Origin: Candidatus Nomurabacteria bacterium
GTDB taxonomy: Bacteria; Patescibacteriota; Minisyncoccia; Phycocordibacterales; UBA2100
DNA length: 64,000 nt
Assembly (NCBI GenBank): GCA_943356775.1
Contig: CALRFU010000001.1
Location: 7,203 to 71,202, forward strand
Reading direction: 5' to 3'
Made by a program: the position numbers and the translations under genes. How positions within the stretch are numbered: position 1 is the stretch's first letter; each line of letters begins with the position of its first letter. Below the pieces are notes generated by a model that was not told the DNA's origin, ran no database searches, and saw only the letters and a list, made by a program, of their open reading frames with translations. This document shows positions 21,096 through 30,379 of the stretch, in pieces.

Positions 21096-21152
21096 CAAAG
21101 CCATGCACTTTTGGTGACTTTCATTCAATTCGGTCTGTGTTAGTCTATTCCA

Positions 21153-24100
21153 ATGAAGTCCTACGAACACAAATCGATAGAAAAGAAGTGGGCAAAACGC
21201 TGGGAAAAAGACGGCCTCTACAAGACTAAGGATGTGGTAAAAGGCAAAGAGAATTTCAATCTTCTCGTCGAATTCCCGTATCCCTCAGGCAATCTTCACG
21301 TCGGACACTGGTACGCTTTTGCGGTGCCCGATATCCTCGCGCGGTTCCAGCGTATGCGGGGCAAAAACGTCCTGTATCCGATAGGTTTCGATGCCTTCGG
21401 TCTTCCGGCTGAAAACGCGGCCATCAAAAACAAACTTAACCCGCGCACGTGGACGCTGAGCAACATCGAGTACATGAAGAAGCAGATTCGCTCAATGGGT
21501 ACTTCATTTGATTGGTCGCGTGAAGTCGTGACCTGCGACCCTGCGTACTACAAGTGGACACAATGGCTCTTCCTTCAATTCTTCAAGGCAGGACTCGTCT
21601 ACCGCAAAGAGACGGCGGTGAATTGGTGTCTTTCCTGTAAGACGGTACTCGCCAATGAACAAGTTGTAAACGGAACATGTGAACGCTGTGACAGCGAAGT
21701 GGAGCAGAGGCAAATGCTCCAGTGGAATATCAAGATTACCGATTACGCGGACCGTCTTGTCGACGACCTCGATGCGCTTGATTGGCCGAAGGAGATAAAA
21801 GAATCGCAGAAAAATTGGATAGGCCGCTCCGAAGGTGCGGAGATAGATTTTCCGCTCGACCTCGGTATCAAATACAAGTATGTGCTTTTGCACGGCTTCG
21901 AAGGTGCCCCCGATATGCCCCGTTTCCATTTCTGGAAAGAAGAACTCGAAAAACTCGGCCATGAAGTAATCATCCCCGCTCTACCAGACACAAAGAATCC
22001 TTCCGAGGAAGAACAAGTCGCGGCCGCGCTCGCGGCTACCGAGTACGACGAACGCACCGTGCTCTTCGGGCACAGTCTGGGAGCCGTTGTCGCGCTCAAG
22101 GTCCTGGAGCGTCTCCAGAAGCCCATCGGACGCCTTGTTGTGGCGGGCGGATTTATAGACCCTGAGTTCAAGGATAAGCGGAGGAATTTCGAAAAGCGAT
22201 TTTCCTGGAAGTTTGACGTCAAGAAAATAAAATCGAACACCCCCGTGATTCACGTGTTGCATGAGACAAAAGACTACGGGGTGAGCGACAAGCAATTGCA
22301 ACGTCTGGAGGATTTCCTCGGTGTCAAAGCAACGCACATAGAAGGCGAAGCGCCTCACTTCACGGGACAGAAAGAGCGCTCAGTACTCATGTGGCTTCGT
22401 GCGACCATCCGGGTCTTTACGACGCGTCCCGACACCCTCTATGGCGCCACGTATCTCGTACTTGCTCCGGAGCATCCTCTCCTTCGCCAAGGCTTCGAAG
22501 GGCAAGCGTGGCTGAGCACTCTTCAAAATAAAGACGAGGTTAAGAAATATATCGAGTCATCGAAGAAGAAAACGGAAATGGAGCGTCTCGCGCTGAAGAA
22601 GAAGACGGGTGTTCAGTTGAAAGCAATTACGGCGATTAACCCCGCAACGGGCAAAGCAATTCCCGTATACATTGCCGATTATGTGCTCGGACACTATGGT
22701 ACGGGCGCCGTCATGGGCGTGCCCGCGCACGACGAGCGGGACAACGAATTTGCAAAGAAGTACGAACTCCCGATTATTGAGGTGATAGAACCTGCAGTGA
22801 CGCAGAGAGCGGGGCTCGATGCCGTCCGCGAAGAAGAGCCGTTCACAGAGCGTCCCGCGATTCTCGCCGTCGTCAAACACTGGTCCGAAGATACCTACCT
22901 GTGCCTTGCGTATAAAGCCAATGACGCCCGTGGATTTATTTCGGGCGGCGTAGATGCGGGGGAAGACTTCCTGGTTGCAGCTCAGAGGGAAATCCGCGAA
23001 GAAAGCGGATACAAGAATGTCGTTTTGGTTAAAAGCCTCGGAAGCGTTATCCATAGTAAATTTTATAGCCCGACCAAGCAGAAGAATCTTTCCGCGCACT
23101 TCACACCGTTTTTGTTTGAATTAAAAGACGGGGAACAGGAGGAAGTATCCGAGAGGGAGAAAAGGATTCAAGAGATGTGTTGGATGAAGAAAGAAGAAGT
23201 TGCCAATTTTGTAAACCGCGACGACTCCAGGATTGCATGGCGACGTGCCATGGGCATGGATGTATATGACGGCGAAGGTACGTTAGTGAATTCGGGTGAC
23301 TTCAACGGACAGTCGACTGAGAGTGCGCGGGAGGCAATCACGGAGAAACTTGGTACGGTAAAGACCACCTACAAACTACGTGATTGGATAGTTTCGCGCC
23401 AACGGTACTGGGGAGTTCCGATACCAATCGTTCACTGCGCGTCCTGCGGTCCTGTCGCGGTCAAAGACAGCGAGCTTCCGGTAAAGCTCCCGGAGGTGAA
23501 AGATTATCTCCCCGAGGGCAGCGGGAAATCGCCGCTCGCCAAGGCAAAGAAGTGGGTGCAAGTGAAATGCCCGAAGTGCAAAGGAAAAGCCGAGCGCGAG
23601 ACCGACACCCTCGACACGTTCGTCGATTCTTCCTGGTACTACCTGCGCTATACGGATCCGAAGAACAAAAAGAAATTCGCCGACGCAAAGAAACTGCAGA
23701 GCTGGATGCCCGTCGATTTGTACTCGGGTGGGGCTGAGCACACGACCATGCACGTCTTGTATTCGCGTTTCTGGCACAAAGCGCTCTTTGACCTCGGTCT
23801 TACCAAAGAGCCCGAGCCGTACACGCGCCGCATGAATCGCTCTCTCATTCTCGGGCCGGACGGGCAGAAGATGAGCAAATCCAAAGGCAATGTCATCGAT
23901 CCCGATGAGGTGGTGGGGCGCCTGGGAGCGGATACGGTGCGTATGTATCTCGCGTTTATCGGTCCTTATAACGAGATCAATACATATCCGTGGAGTCCTG
24001 ACAGCGTCGTCGGCGTCCGCCGCTTCTTGGAGCGTGTCTGGCGCGCCCAGGAGTATGTAGGGGAGGCAGATAGTCCCGCGCTTGAGAATCTTCTCCATAA

Positions 24101-24560
24101 GACGATTAAGAAAGTCGGGGAAGATATCGCCACAATGAAATTCAACACTGCCATCAGCACCCTTATGATATTCCTCAATGCCTTGGAAAAAGAAACCCTT
24201 CGACAGGCTCAGGGTAAAAAGACACTCGGTAAAGCGCAGTGGGAGAACTTCTTGAGACTCCTTGCGCCGTTTGCTCCGCACATCACGGAAGAATTGTGGG
24301 CTGCGGGAGGGCAAAAAAAATCGGTGCACAAAACAGTCTGGCCCGAATACGATGCATCAAAACTTAAAGAAGAAACGATATCGATAGCCGTACAAATCAA
24401 CGGAAAGACACGCGCAGAAGCTCAGGTGTCCGGTGACGCTGACAAGAAGACACTTGAAAAAGCCGCTCGCGAGGCCGCTGCCACGCGCTTGGAAGGTAAG
24501 AAAATCCTGCGCACGATTATAGTGACCGGCAGACTCGTTAACTTTGTCGTGGAAGAATAG
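21153..24560 (+). CDS. leuS: Leucyl-tRNA synthetase carrying two inserted hydrolase domains (RBBP9/YdeN-like alpha/beta serine hydrolase and NUDIX)
   Basis: HVGH (HIGH variant) and KMSKS are present, with a CP1 editing region (TTRPDT, GTGAVMGVPAHDERD), an LSIIa-like region and an anticodon-binding tail. Residues about 235-417 (nt about 21856..22403) are an alpha/beta-hydrolase insertion (VLLHGF, GHSLG, APHF). Residues about 548-702 (nt about 22794..23258) are a NUDIX insertion (GGVDAGEDFLVAAQREIREESGY). Confidence 0.9.
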   Translation: MKSYEHKSIEKKWAKRWEKDGLYKTKDVVKGKENFNLLVEFPYPSGNLHVGHWYAFAVPDILARFQRMRGKNVLYPIGFDAFGLPAENAAIKNKLNPRTWTLSNIEYMKKQIRSMGTSFDWSREVVTCDPAYYKWTQWLFLQFFKAGLVYRKETAVNWCLSCKTVLANEQVVNGTCERCDSEVEQRQMLQWNIKITDYADRLVDDLDALDWPKEIKESQKNWIGRSEGAEIDFPLDLGIKYKYVLLHGFEGAPDMPRFHFWKEELEKLGHEVIIPALPDTKNPSEEEQVAAALAATEYDERTVLFGHSLGAVVALKVLERLQKPIGRLVVAGGFIDPEFKDKRRNFEKRFSWKFDVKKIKSNTPVIHVLHETKDYGVSDKQLQRLEDFLGVKATHIEGEAPHFTGQKERSVLMWLRATIRVFTTRPDTLYGATYLVLAPEHPLLRQGFEGQAWLSTLQNKDEVKKYIESSKKKTEMERLALKKKTGVQLKAITAINPATGKAIPVYIADYVLGHYGTGAVMGVPAHDERDNEFAKKYELPIIEVIEPAVTQRAGLDAVREEEPFTERPAILAVVKHWSEDTYLCLAYKANDARGFISGGVDAGEDFLVAAQREIREESGYKNVVLVKSLGSVIHSKFYSPTKQKNLSAHFTPFLFELKDGEQEEVSEREKRIQEMCWMKKEEVANFVNRDDSRIAWRRAMGMDVYDGEGTLVNSGDFNGQSTESAREAITEKLGTVKTTYKLRDWIVSRQRYWGVPIPIVHCASCGPVAVKDSELPVKLPEVKDYLPEGSGKSPLAKAKKWVQVKCPKCKGKAERETDTLDTFVDSSWYYLRYTDPKNKKKFADAKKLQSWMPVDLYSGGAEHTTMHVLYSRFWHKALFDLGLTKEPEPYTRRMNRSLILGPDGQKMSKSKGNVIDPDEVVGRLGADTVRMYLAFIGPYNEINTYPWSPDSVVGVRRFLERVWRAQEYVGEADSPALENLLHKTIKKVGEDIATMKFNTAISTLMIFLNALEKETLRQAQGKKTLGKAQWENFLRLLAPFAPHITEELWAAGGQKKSVHKTVWPEYDASKLKEETISIAVQINGKTRAEAQVSGDADKKTLEKAAREAAATRLEGKKILRTIIVTGRLVNFVVEE

Positions 24561-24562
24561 CG

Positions 24563-26014
24563 TTATTGTTTGAAGACCCGCGAAGAGCCCCCGCTGTCCT
24601 CCAATGTGTATCCTGCCGCCTCAACCTGAGTGCGAAGTTCATCGGCACGTTGCCAATTTTTCGCGCTACGCGCCTTTTCGCGCTCTCTGAGGAAAGCCTG
24701 AATCTGGGCGGGGATATCATCTTCGGCGACCTCTTCTTGCAGATGCTGGGCAGCGAGTTTGCGGGCCGCTCCGTCCGGTTCCTCGAGTTGGAGTCCGAAT
24801 ACGCTGTCTACATAGAACAGTGTTGCCAAGAGGTCAGCAGGCGAGAGAGAACCGTCTTTGGTCATTTCCCATACGAAAGCAAGAGCGCCCGGAGTATCGA
24901 GGTCGTCGTTGATGCGGTGCATCATCTGGAGTCCCCAATGCCGGGAAACAGTGCCGGGGGTGACATCTGCATGAGAGAGACGGAGCGCCACGAGTTTGCC
25001 GAAAGCGGTCTGAGCAGCGTTCAAGGCTTCCCATGTGAAATTGGAATTCGTGCGGTAGTGCGCTCCGAGGAGAAGATAGCGGAGGGCGAGCGGATGAAAC
25101 CCGCGCTCAAGAATGTCGGACAGGTAGACGGCGTTGCCCCCGGACTTGGCAATCTTGGCGCCTTCCAGCTGCAGGTGCGCGCGATGGAGCCAAAAACGTG
25201 CGAGCGGTTTTTTGCCCGTCGCGGATTCCGACTGCGCTATTTCGTTGTTGTGATGTACGGGAATATGCTCGATGCCGCCTGTGTGTATATCTATCTGTGT
25301 GCCAAGAGTCGCACGTATCATCGCGGAGCACTCAATGTGCCAGCCGGGAAAACCAAGCCCCCAGGGGCTTTCCCACCCAAGTTTCTTGTCTGATTTCCAC
25401 AAGAGGAAATCCGTCGGGCCGCGTTTATCGTCGGCCGCAGCTACACGGGCGCCTTTTCGGAGACCTTCCAGATTGATATCACCCAATTTTCCGTATTCGG
25501 GAAAGCGTGAAGTATCAAAGTACACACCACCTTTTCCTTGATAGGCGTATCCCTTTTCTTCAAGCGCTTGAATCATCGCTATCTGCGCGGGAATGTAATC
25601 GCTTGCGCGGGGGAAGACTATTTTATCGACTTGCACATTGAGGGTGCGGATGTCTTCGAGGAAAAGCTCTGCATATTTCTCACCGAGCGCACGCATATTC
25701 TCGAGCGTCTGCTTGAGTCCTTCACGCTTGAGGCCTGTCGTCATCTTGTCGTCACCGTCGTCACCGTCGGAGGTCAGGTGGCCGAAGTCCGTAAAATTAA
25801 TGACCTGCTTCACCTGGAATTCGTTTACTTGGAGGGTGCGGCGCAGCACATCTGTGAAGACAAACATCGATAAGTTGCCGATGTGTTGACGGCCGTAGAC
25901 GGTAGGGCCGCAGTTGTACATGCGGACGTGGTTTGCTTGCGGCGGCAACAAAAATCGCTGCTTTTCATTTCCCAGAGTGTTGTGGAAATACAAGGGGAGG
26001 GAAGTCTGTTTCAT
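24563..26014 (-). CDS. cysS: Cysteinyl-tRNA synthetase
   Basis: MYNCGPTVYGRQHIGN (HIGH region), a KMSKS variant KIAKSGGN, and the CysRS anticodon-binding C-terminus. The start is chosen by alignment to E. coli CysS. Confidence 0.85.
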   Translation of the reverse strand: MKQTSLPLYFHNTLGNEKQRFLLPPQANHVRMYNCGPTVYGRQHIGNLSMFVFTDVLRRTLQVNEFQVKQVINFTDFGHLTSDGDDGDDKMTTGLKREGLKQTLENMRALGEKYAELFLEDIRTLNVQVDKIVFPRASDYIPAQIAMIQALEEKGYAYQGKGGVYFDTSRFPEYGKLGDINLEGLRKGARVAAADDKRGPTDFLLWKSDKKLGWESPWGLGFPGWHIECSAMIRATLGTQIDIHTGGIEHIPVHHNNEIAQSESATGKKPLARFWLHRAHLQLEGAKIAKSGGNAVYLSDILERGFHPLALRYLLLGAHYRTNSNFTWEALNAAQTAFGKLVALRLSHADVTPGTVSRHWGLQMMHRINDDLDTPGALAFVWEMTKDGSLSPADLLATLFYVDSVFGLQLEEPDGAARKLAAQHLQEEVAEDDIPAQIQAFLREREKARSAKNWQRADELRTQVEAAGYTLEDSGGSSRVFKQ

Positions 26015-26100
26015 CCGCTTGAATAAAGAGTCGAACCACATGTCCAGGTATTATACCTAAATCACGACGCACTACACAGCCGGATTCAGGGAGCGTATAC

Positions 26101-27813
26101 CTACCGTGAATGATTGAGATCCGGGTGTTCCTGGTGCCGAGCAGTCCGCGCCAAAAGGTGCGCGATATGTTTCTCGCGAATTGTCTGGAGCTTCGACGCG
26201 TGCTCGGTGAATTGGTGAACAAGATTTGTTGCGTACGAACCCCCGAGGAAATGCGGGAGGATGACGTAGTCCGCACCCGCTTCATAGAGCTCAAGGGCGT
26301 CGTCGATGCGGTGCGCCACGAGCATAACGACAGGGTCCTTATCGTCCCGCTTCGCTCCTGCAAGTACCATACGGTTGGTTTCGAGCTCCGGGACCGTCGA
26401 GACCACGATGCTTGCCTGCCCGAGATTGAGCTCATCGAGGAAGTCGGGGTCGCCCGCATCCCCGAATTCATGCGGCACTTTGTCGTGTACCAGCTGCGCG
26501 ATTATTTCCGGGTCGTGTTCGATAACGAGGAAGGGAAGTCCTTGCTCTTTGAAGAGCGTGATGAAATCAAATCCGATACGTCCGCCACCAATCAGGATAG
26601 CCGAGTAGGATTTCTTGCGGAGAGAGCGTTCCCTGGCGTCTGTGCGCTCAAAGATACGCAGGTACGGAGCAAGGTATTTATAAATTGTATCGGAATGCAG
26701 AATGAGATAACTCGAAATAAAGATGGTCACGAGACCGACGACCGTGACCATGGTGAGGATGTTGGGCGCGATCTGATTGAGCGAGACGCCGAGCGCCACC
26801 AAGATGAGCGAGAATTCGCTGATTTGTGCGGCCATCATGCCGGTCTGGAAGCCCGTCTTTTTGCGGTAGCCGAGTGCACCCATAACGATGAGTTGGAGGA
26901 GGGGATTGCCGACCAATACGAAGACGGAAAGGATGAGGGCGGGGATGAGGACTTCGCTGAAATTTTCGATGACCATCCGGGCACCGAGCAAGATAAAGAA
27001 GAGGACGATAAAGAAGTCGCGCAAGGGTGCGAGGCGTGCGGCTATCTCGCGCCGGCTCGGAATCGTCGAAAGCGCGACGCCGGCGATGAGCGCTCCTCCT
27101 TCCAGTGAGAAGCCGATGCCCGAAAAGAGCGCCGATATGCCCATACCCCAGGAGACCGCAAAGAGGAAAAGGAGTTCGTGCGAACGCGTAAGGTACGTGT
27201 GGAGGTGCCGCACAACGTAGTGCGAAAAGAGAAAGACGGCAAGCCCCGCGCAGATGCCGAGGGCGAGCATACGGACCAGGTCAAATCCGTTGCCTTGTGC
27301 ACCGGAGACGAAGGGTATCGCGAAAAGAAGAACGATTGCAATAAGGTCCTGTAGCAAGAGGGAGCCAATGGAGAGCTTCACATACAATTTGTCGAGGTCA
27401 CCTTTATCCGAGAGGAGCTTCATCACGATGACCGTGCTGCTGAATGCGAGCGCGACTCCCACATAGAGCGAGGCAATCCAGCCGAATCCGAGGAACATAC
27501 AGAGTGCGACACCGACGCCGCCTGTGAGGATGACCTGCCCGAATCCTGTCGCAATCGAGACCCATCCGTAATCGCGAAAGAGCTTCGGATTCAAGCTCAA
27601 ACCGACAGTGAAGAGCAGGAAGGAAATACCCAGTTGACTAAAAAGCTCGAGGGTTTCCATATCCTGAAAGAGGCCAAGGGCATAGCGGCCGACGAGGAAT
27701 CCCGTAATGATGTGCCCGACGATGAGCGGCTGCCGGAGAAGCCGCATAACGAGGGAGACGACTGTTGCGATTCCTATGAGGATTCCGATTTGCGCGAATG
27801 TGTCGAGCGTCAT
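26101..27813 (-). CDS. Monovalent cation:proton antiporter (CPA2/Kef-type) with C-terminal RCK/TrkA-N domain
   Basis: About 12 TM helices, then a Rossmann motif LIGGGRIGFDF. Start set at internal MTLDTF. Confidence 0.8.
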   Translation of the reverse strand: MTLDTFAQIGILIGIATVVSLVMRLLRQPLIVGHIITGFLVGRYALGLFQDMETLELFSQLGISFLLFTVGLSLNPKLFRDYGWVSIATGFGQVILTGGVGVALCMFLGFGWIASLYVGVALAFSSTVIVMKLLSDKGDLDKLYVKLSIGSLLLQDLIAIVLLFAIPFVSGAQGNGFDLVRMLALGICAGLAVFLFSHYVVRHLHTYLTRSHELLFLFAVSWGMGISALFSGIGFSLEGGALIAGVALSTIPSRREIAARLAPLRDFFIVLFFILLGARMVIENFSEVLIPALILSVFVLVGNPLLQLIVMGALGYRKKTGFQTGMMAAQISEFSLILVALGVSLNQIAPNILTMVTVVGLVTIFISSYLILHSDTIYKYLAPYLRIFERTDARERSLRKKSYSAILIGGGRIGFDFITLFKEQGLPFLVIEHDPEIIAQLVHDKVPHEFGDAGDPDFLDELNLGQASIVVSTVPELETNRMVLAGAKRDDKDPVVMLVAHRIDDALELYEAGADYVILPHFLGGSYATNLVHQFTEHASKLQTIREKHIAHLLARTARHQEHPDLNHSR

Positions 27814-27917
27814 GCCACTACTATAACGTATTCCGCAGACCCACACTTGTGATGTCGGGAAAACAATCCACCCGCTCTGATTTTTACCTTCCCCGTTCTT
27901 ATGCGATAATCGTACGA

Positions 27918-29186
27918 ATGTACGGAAATGACGGCAGGTACGCATTTTCACTCACTGCGGTAGTGGCGGGCGGTATCCTCGTTGCGGTACTCGCCTTTGG
28001 CGGGGGACTCTTGGTCGGAGGAGAACGGGCGGGCATGGCGGCGGCTGCAGCGCTTTCGCTCTCCGCAACTCCGCCATCAGATGTGGATTTTTCCGCCGTG
28101 TGGAAAGCGTGGGCTGTCATAGACGAGAAATTCGTCCCCGTGCCGGTAGCAAGCTCTACGCCGATTGTCGCGAGCTCCACTTCAAGCTCACAGGACAACC
28201 AGAAGCGTGTCTGGGGCATGATAAGCGGACTCGCCGCATCCTTGGATGACCCGTACACATTTTTCCTGCCACCGACTGAGAACGAACAGTTTGCCTCCGA
28301 AATGAGCGGCTCCTTCGAGGGGGTGGGTATGGAAATCGCGGTACGAGAAAAAGTACTCACCGTCGTATCGCCGCTGAAGGGTACTCCGGCCGAGCGCGCG
28401 GGAATGCGGAGTGGGGACCGGGTGCTTAAAATCGACGGCGCCTCTACCGAAGGATTGGATGTAGCACAGGCGGTGAAGAAAATTCGCGGACCAAAAGGCA
28501 CTACCGTCACGTTTGAGGTTGCGCGTGAAGGTTGGAGCGAACCCCGTGAAATAAAAGTAACGCGAGAGGTCATCAACGTCCCCGTCGTCACACCGACCGC
28601 GCGCCCGGATGGGATATACGTCATTGCTGTCTCCACATTTACATCTACATCGCCGGATTTGTTCCGCAATGCGCTTCGGAAATTCGTCGAATCAGGCAAT
28701 ACGAAACTCATTCTCGATTTGCGCGGGAATCCCGGCGGATACCTAGGGGCTGCGGTAGACATGGCGAGCTGGTTCTTACCGCTCGGCAAGGTCATCGTGA
28801 CCGAGGATTATGCGGGACATGCGGCCAACGTCGTCCATCGTTCACTCGGATATAATATATTCAACAGTAACCTCAAAATGGTCATACTTGTCGACCGCGG
28901 CTCGGCATCGGCCTCTGAAATACTCGCGGACGCGCTCCACGACCATGGCATTGCGAAAATCGTGGGTACCAATACCTTCGGCAAAGGTTCTGTGCAGGAA
29001 CTCGTCGAGATAACCCCCGGCACGGCGCTCAAGATTACCGTCGCGCGATGGCTTGCTCCCAACGGCGCCCACATTCCGCAAGACGGTATAAAGCCGGACG
29101 TCGAGGTGAAGATAAGCGAAGAAGATATGAAGGCCGGCAAGGACCCTCAAATGGATAAGGCGGTGGAGATGGTGAAAGAGATGTAG
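27918..29186 (+). CDS. Carboxyl-terminal processing protease (S41 family, PDZ-containing)
   Basis: N-terminal membrane anchor, a PDZ domain with GMRSGDRVLKIDG, and an S41 catalytic region LVDRGSASASE. Confidence 0.8.
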   Translation: MYGNDGRYAFSLTAVVAGGILVAVLAFGGGLLVGGERAGMAAAAALSLSATPPSDVDFSAVWKAWAVIDEKFVPVPVASSTPIVASSTSSSQDNQKRVWGMISGLAASLDDPYTFFLPPTENEQFASEMSGSFEGVGMEIAVREKVLTVVSPLKGTPAERAGMRSGDRVLKIDGASTEGLDVAQAVKKIRGPKGTTVTFEVAREGWSEPREIKVTREVINVPVVTPTARPDGIYVIAVSTFTSTSPDLFRNALRKFVESGNTKLILDLRGNPGGYLGAAVDMASWFLPLGKVIVTEDYAGHAANVVHRSLGYNIFNSNLKMVILVDRGSASASEILADALHDHGIAKIVGTNTFGKGSVQELVEITPGTALKITVARWLAPNGAHIPQDGIKPDVEVKISEEDMKAGKDPQMDKAVEMVKEM

Positions 29187-29238
29187 GTGAAGCTCTTCTC
29201 TGTTTTGCCGAAAATCCTTTTTCATATAGGATAAGGGG

Positions 29239-29685
29239 ATGAAGGTCATATTTCTCAAAGATGTCGCAAAGGTAGGGCAGCACGGGACGATGAAAGAAGT
29301 CTCCGACGGCTACGCGCTCAATTTCTTGATTCCACGCAAGCTTGCGGTGCAGGCTACTCCCGATAAAGTCGCGGCACACATGGCGACCCAAAAGAGGGAA
29401 GGGGAGGCGAAGGAACAACACAATAAGATGATTACAGAAGCGGTTCACGGCCTTAAGGGTGTGCGTATTGAAATTGCCGCAAAAGCTACGAAAAAAGGCG
29501 GACTCTTTAAATCAATTACGGGGGCGGATATTGTGCGGGCGATTCACGAACAAAGAAAGGTGAGCATCCCACTTGAAAGCGTTGCACTTCCGAAGCCGAT
29601 TAAAGAAACAGGGGAGCACGGGATACACATCGCCTTCGGCGCAGCGAAAGTGGAAATGACACTCGCGATTATCGCCAGTGCTTAA
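29239..29685 (+). CDS. rplI: Ribosomal protein L9
   Basis: MKVIFLKDVAKVGQHGTMKEVSDGYALNFLIPRKLA. Confidence 0.9.
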   Translation: MKVIFLKDVAKVGQHGTMKEVSDGYALNFLIPRKLAVQATPDKVAAHMATQKREGEAKEQHNKMITEAVHGLKGVRIEIAAKATKKGGLFKSITGADIVRAIHEQRKVSIPLESVALPKPIKETGEHGIHIAFGAAKVEMTLAIIASA

Positions 29686-29691
29686 ATTGAC

Positions 29692-29964
29692 TTACGTTAC
29701 GTCAACGATGCGGCGGGTTACGCTGCGTCCGTCAAAATTTGTCTTGCGCTTGGATCGGAAATGCACGGTACCTGCAGTTTGTGCGTAGAGAGTGTGGTCC
29801 ACACCGACACCGATGTTCTTGCCTGCCATGATTGCAGTGCCTCGTTGGCGGACGATAATCTCGCCGATACCGACTTTCTGACCGTCTGCGCGCTTAACGC
29901 CGAGGTACTTCGGATTTGAAGTTGAAAGGTTAGTGGCGGATCCGCCTGCTTTTGTATGTGCCAT
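29692..29964 (-). CDS. rpmA: Ribosomal protein L27
   Basis: MAHTKAGGS...GVKR.DGQ....GEIIVRQRGT. Confidence 0.9.
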   Translation of the reverse strand: MAHTKAGGSATNLSTSNPKYLGVKRADGQKVGIGEIIVRQRGTAIMAGKNIGVGVDHTLYAQTAGTVHFRSKRKTNFDGRSVTRRIVDVT

Positions 29965-29991
29965 GGTGCTGCCGTTGTATGATTAACTAAC

Positions 29992-30360
29992 ATGGGGAAT
30001 ATACACGAATGGGGTCAAAAAATCAAGGTCGTGGCCGAAGACTGGGTGGCTGATTGGGGGCTTATAGCCATTGTCTTCTTGGTCGCATTGGCATCGTTTG
30101 GCCTGGGCAGACTCTCGGCCATGGAGGAGGCGCGCCCGCCGGTATCCATCGTGCAGGCTCCTACCGACACGAAAGAGCGCGCTATGGATCCGGGTGGCCT
30201 CCTGGTGGCCGCACGGACGGGAAGTGTCTACTACTATCCCTGGTGTACGGGAGCATCAAAGATTTTGACTCAAAATCAGAAGTGGTTTCAAAGCGAGGCG
30301 GCGGCGAAAAAGGCCGGGTATGCGCCCGCAAAAAACTGCAAAGGTTTGGCGCCGCGGTGA
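29992..30360 (+). CDS. Small membrane-anchored protein with C-terminal Cys-pair domain (hypothetical)
   Basis: N-terminal TM anchor, and a C-terminal YYYPWC...FQSEAAAKKAGYAPAKNC. Confidence 0.35.
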   Translation: MGNIHEWGQKIKVVAEDWVADWGLIAIVFLVALASFGLGRLSAMEEARPPVSIVQAPTDTKERAMDPGGLLVAARTGSVYYYPWCTGASKILTQNQKWFQSEAAAKKAGYAPAKNCKGLAPR

Positions 30361-30379
30361 TTCAGGCTACAATAGAGCC

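Noticed and set aside
20976-21152. A T-box riboswitch upstream of leuS.
   Set aside because: I could not find the conserved T-box sequence (AATTAGGGTGGNACCGCG-like) or a specifier-loop arrangement by eye. Only generic hairpins are present. I kept it as an unclassified leader.
24558-24565. The leuS and cysS stop codons lie convergently only 2 nt apart with no terminator.
   Set aside because: This is common in compact genomes and not informative on its own.
27798-27951. A 150-nt head-to-head overlap of the kef and ctp ORFs as drawn in the ORF track.
   Set aside because: It is resolved by using the internal starts MTLDTF (kef, 27813) and MYGNDG (ctp, 27918). Both leave hydrophobic N-terminal helices intact, so no real overlap is needed.
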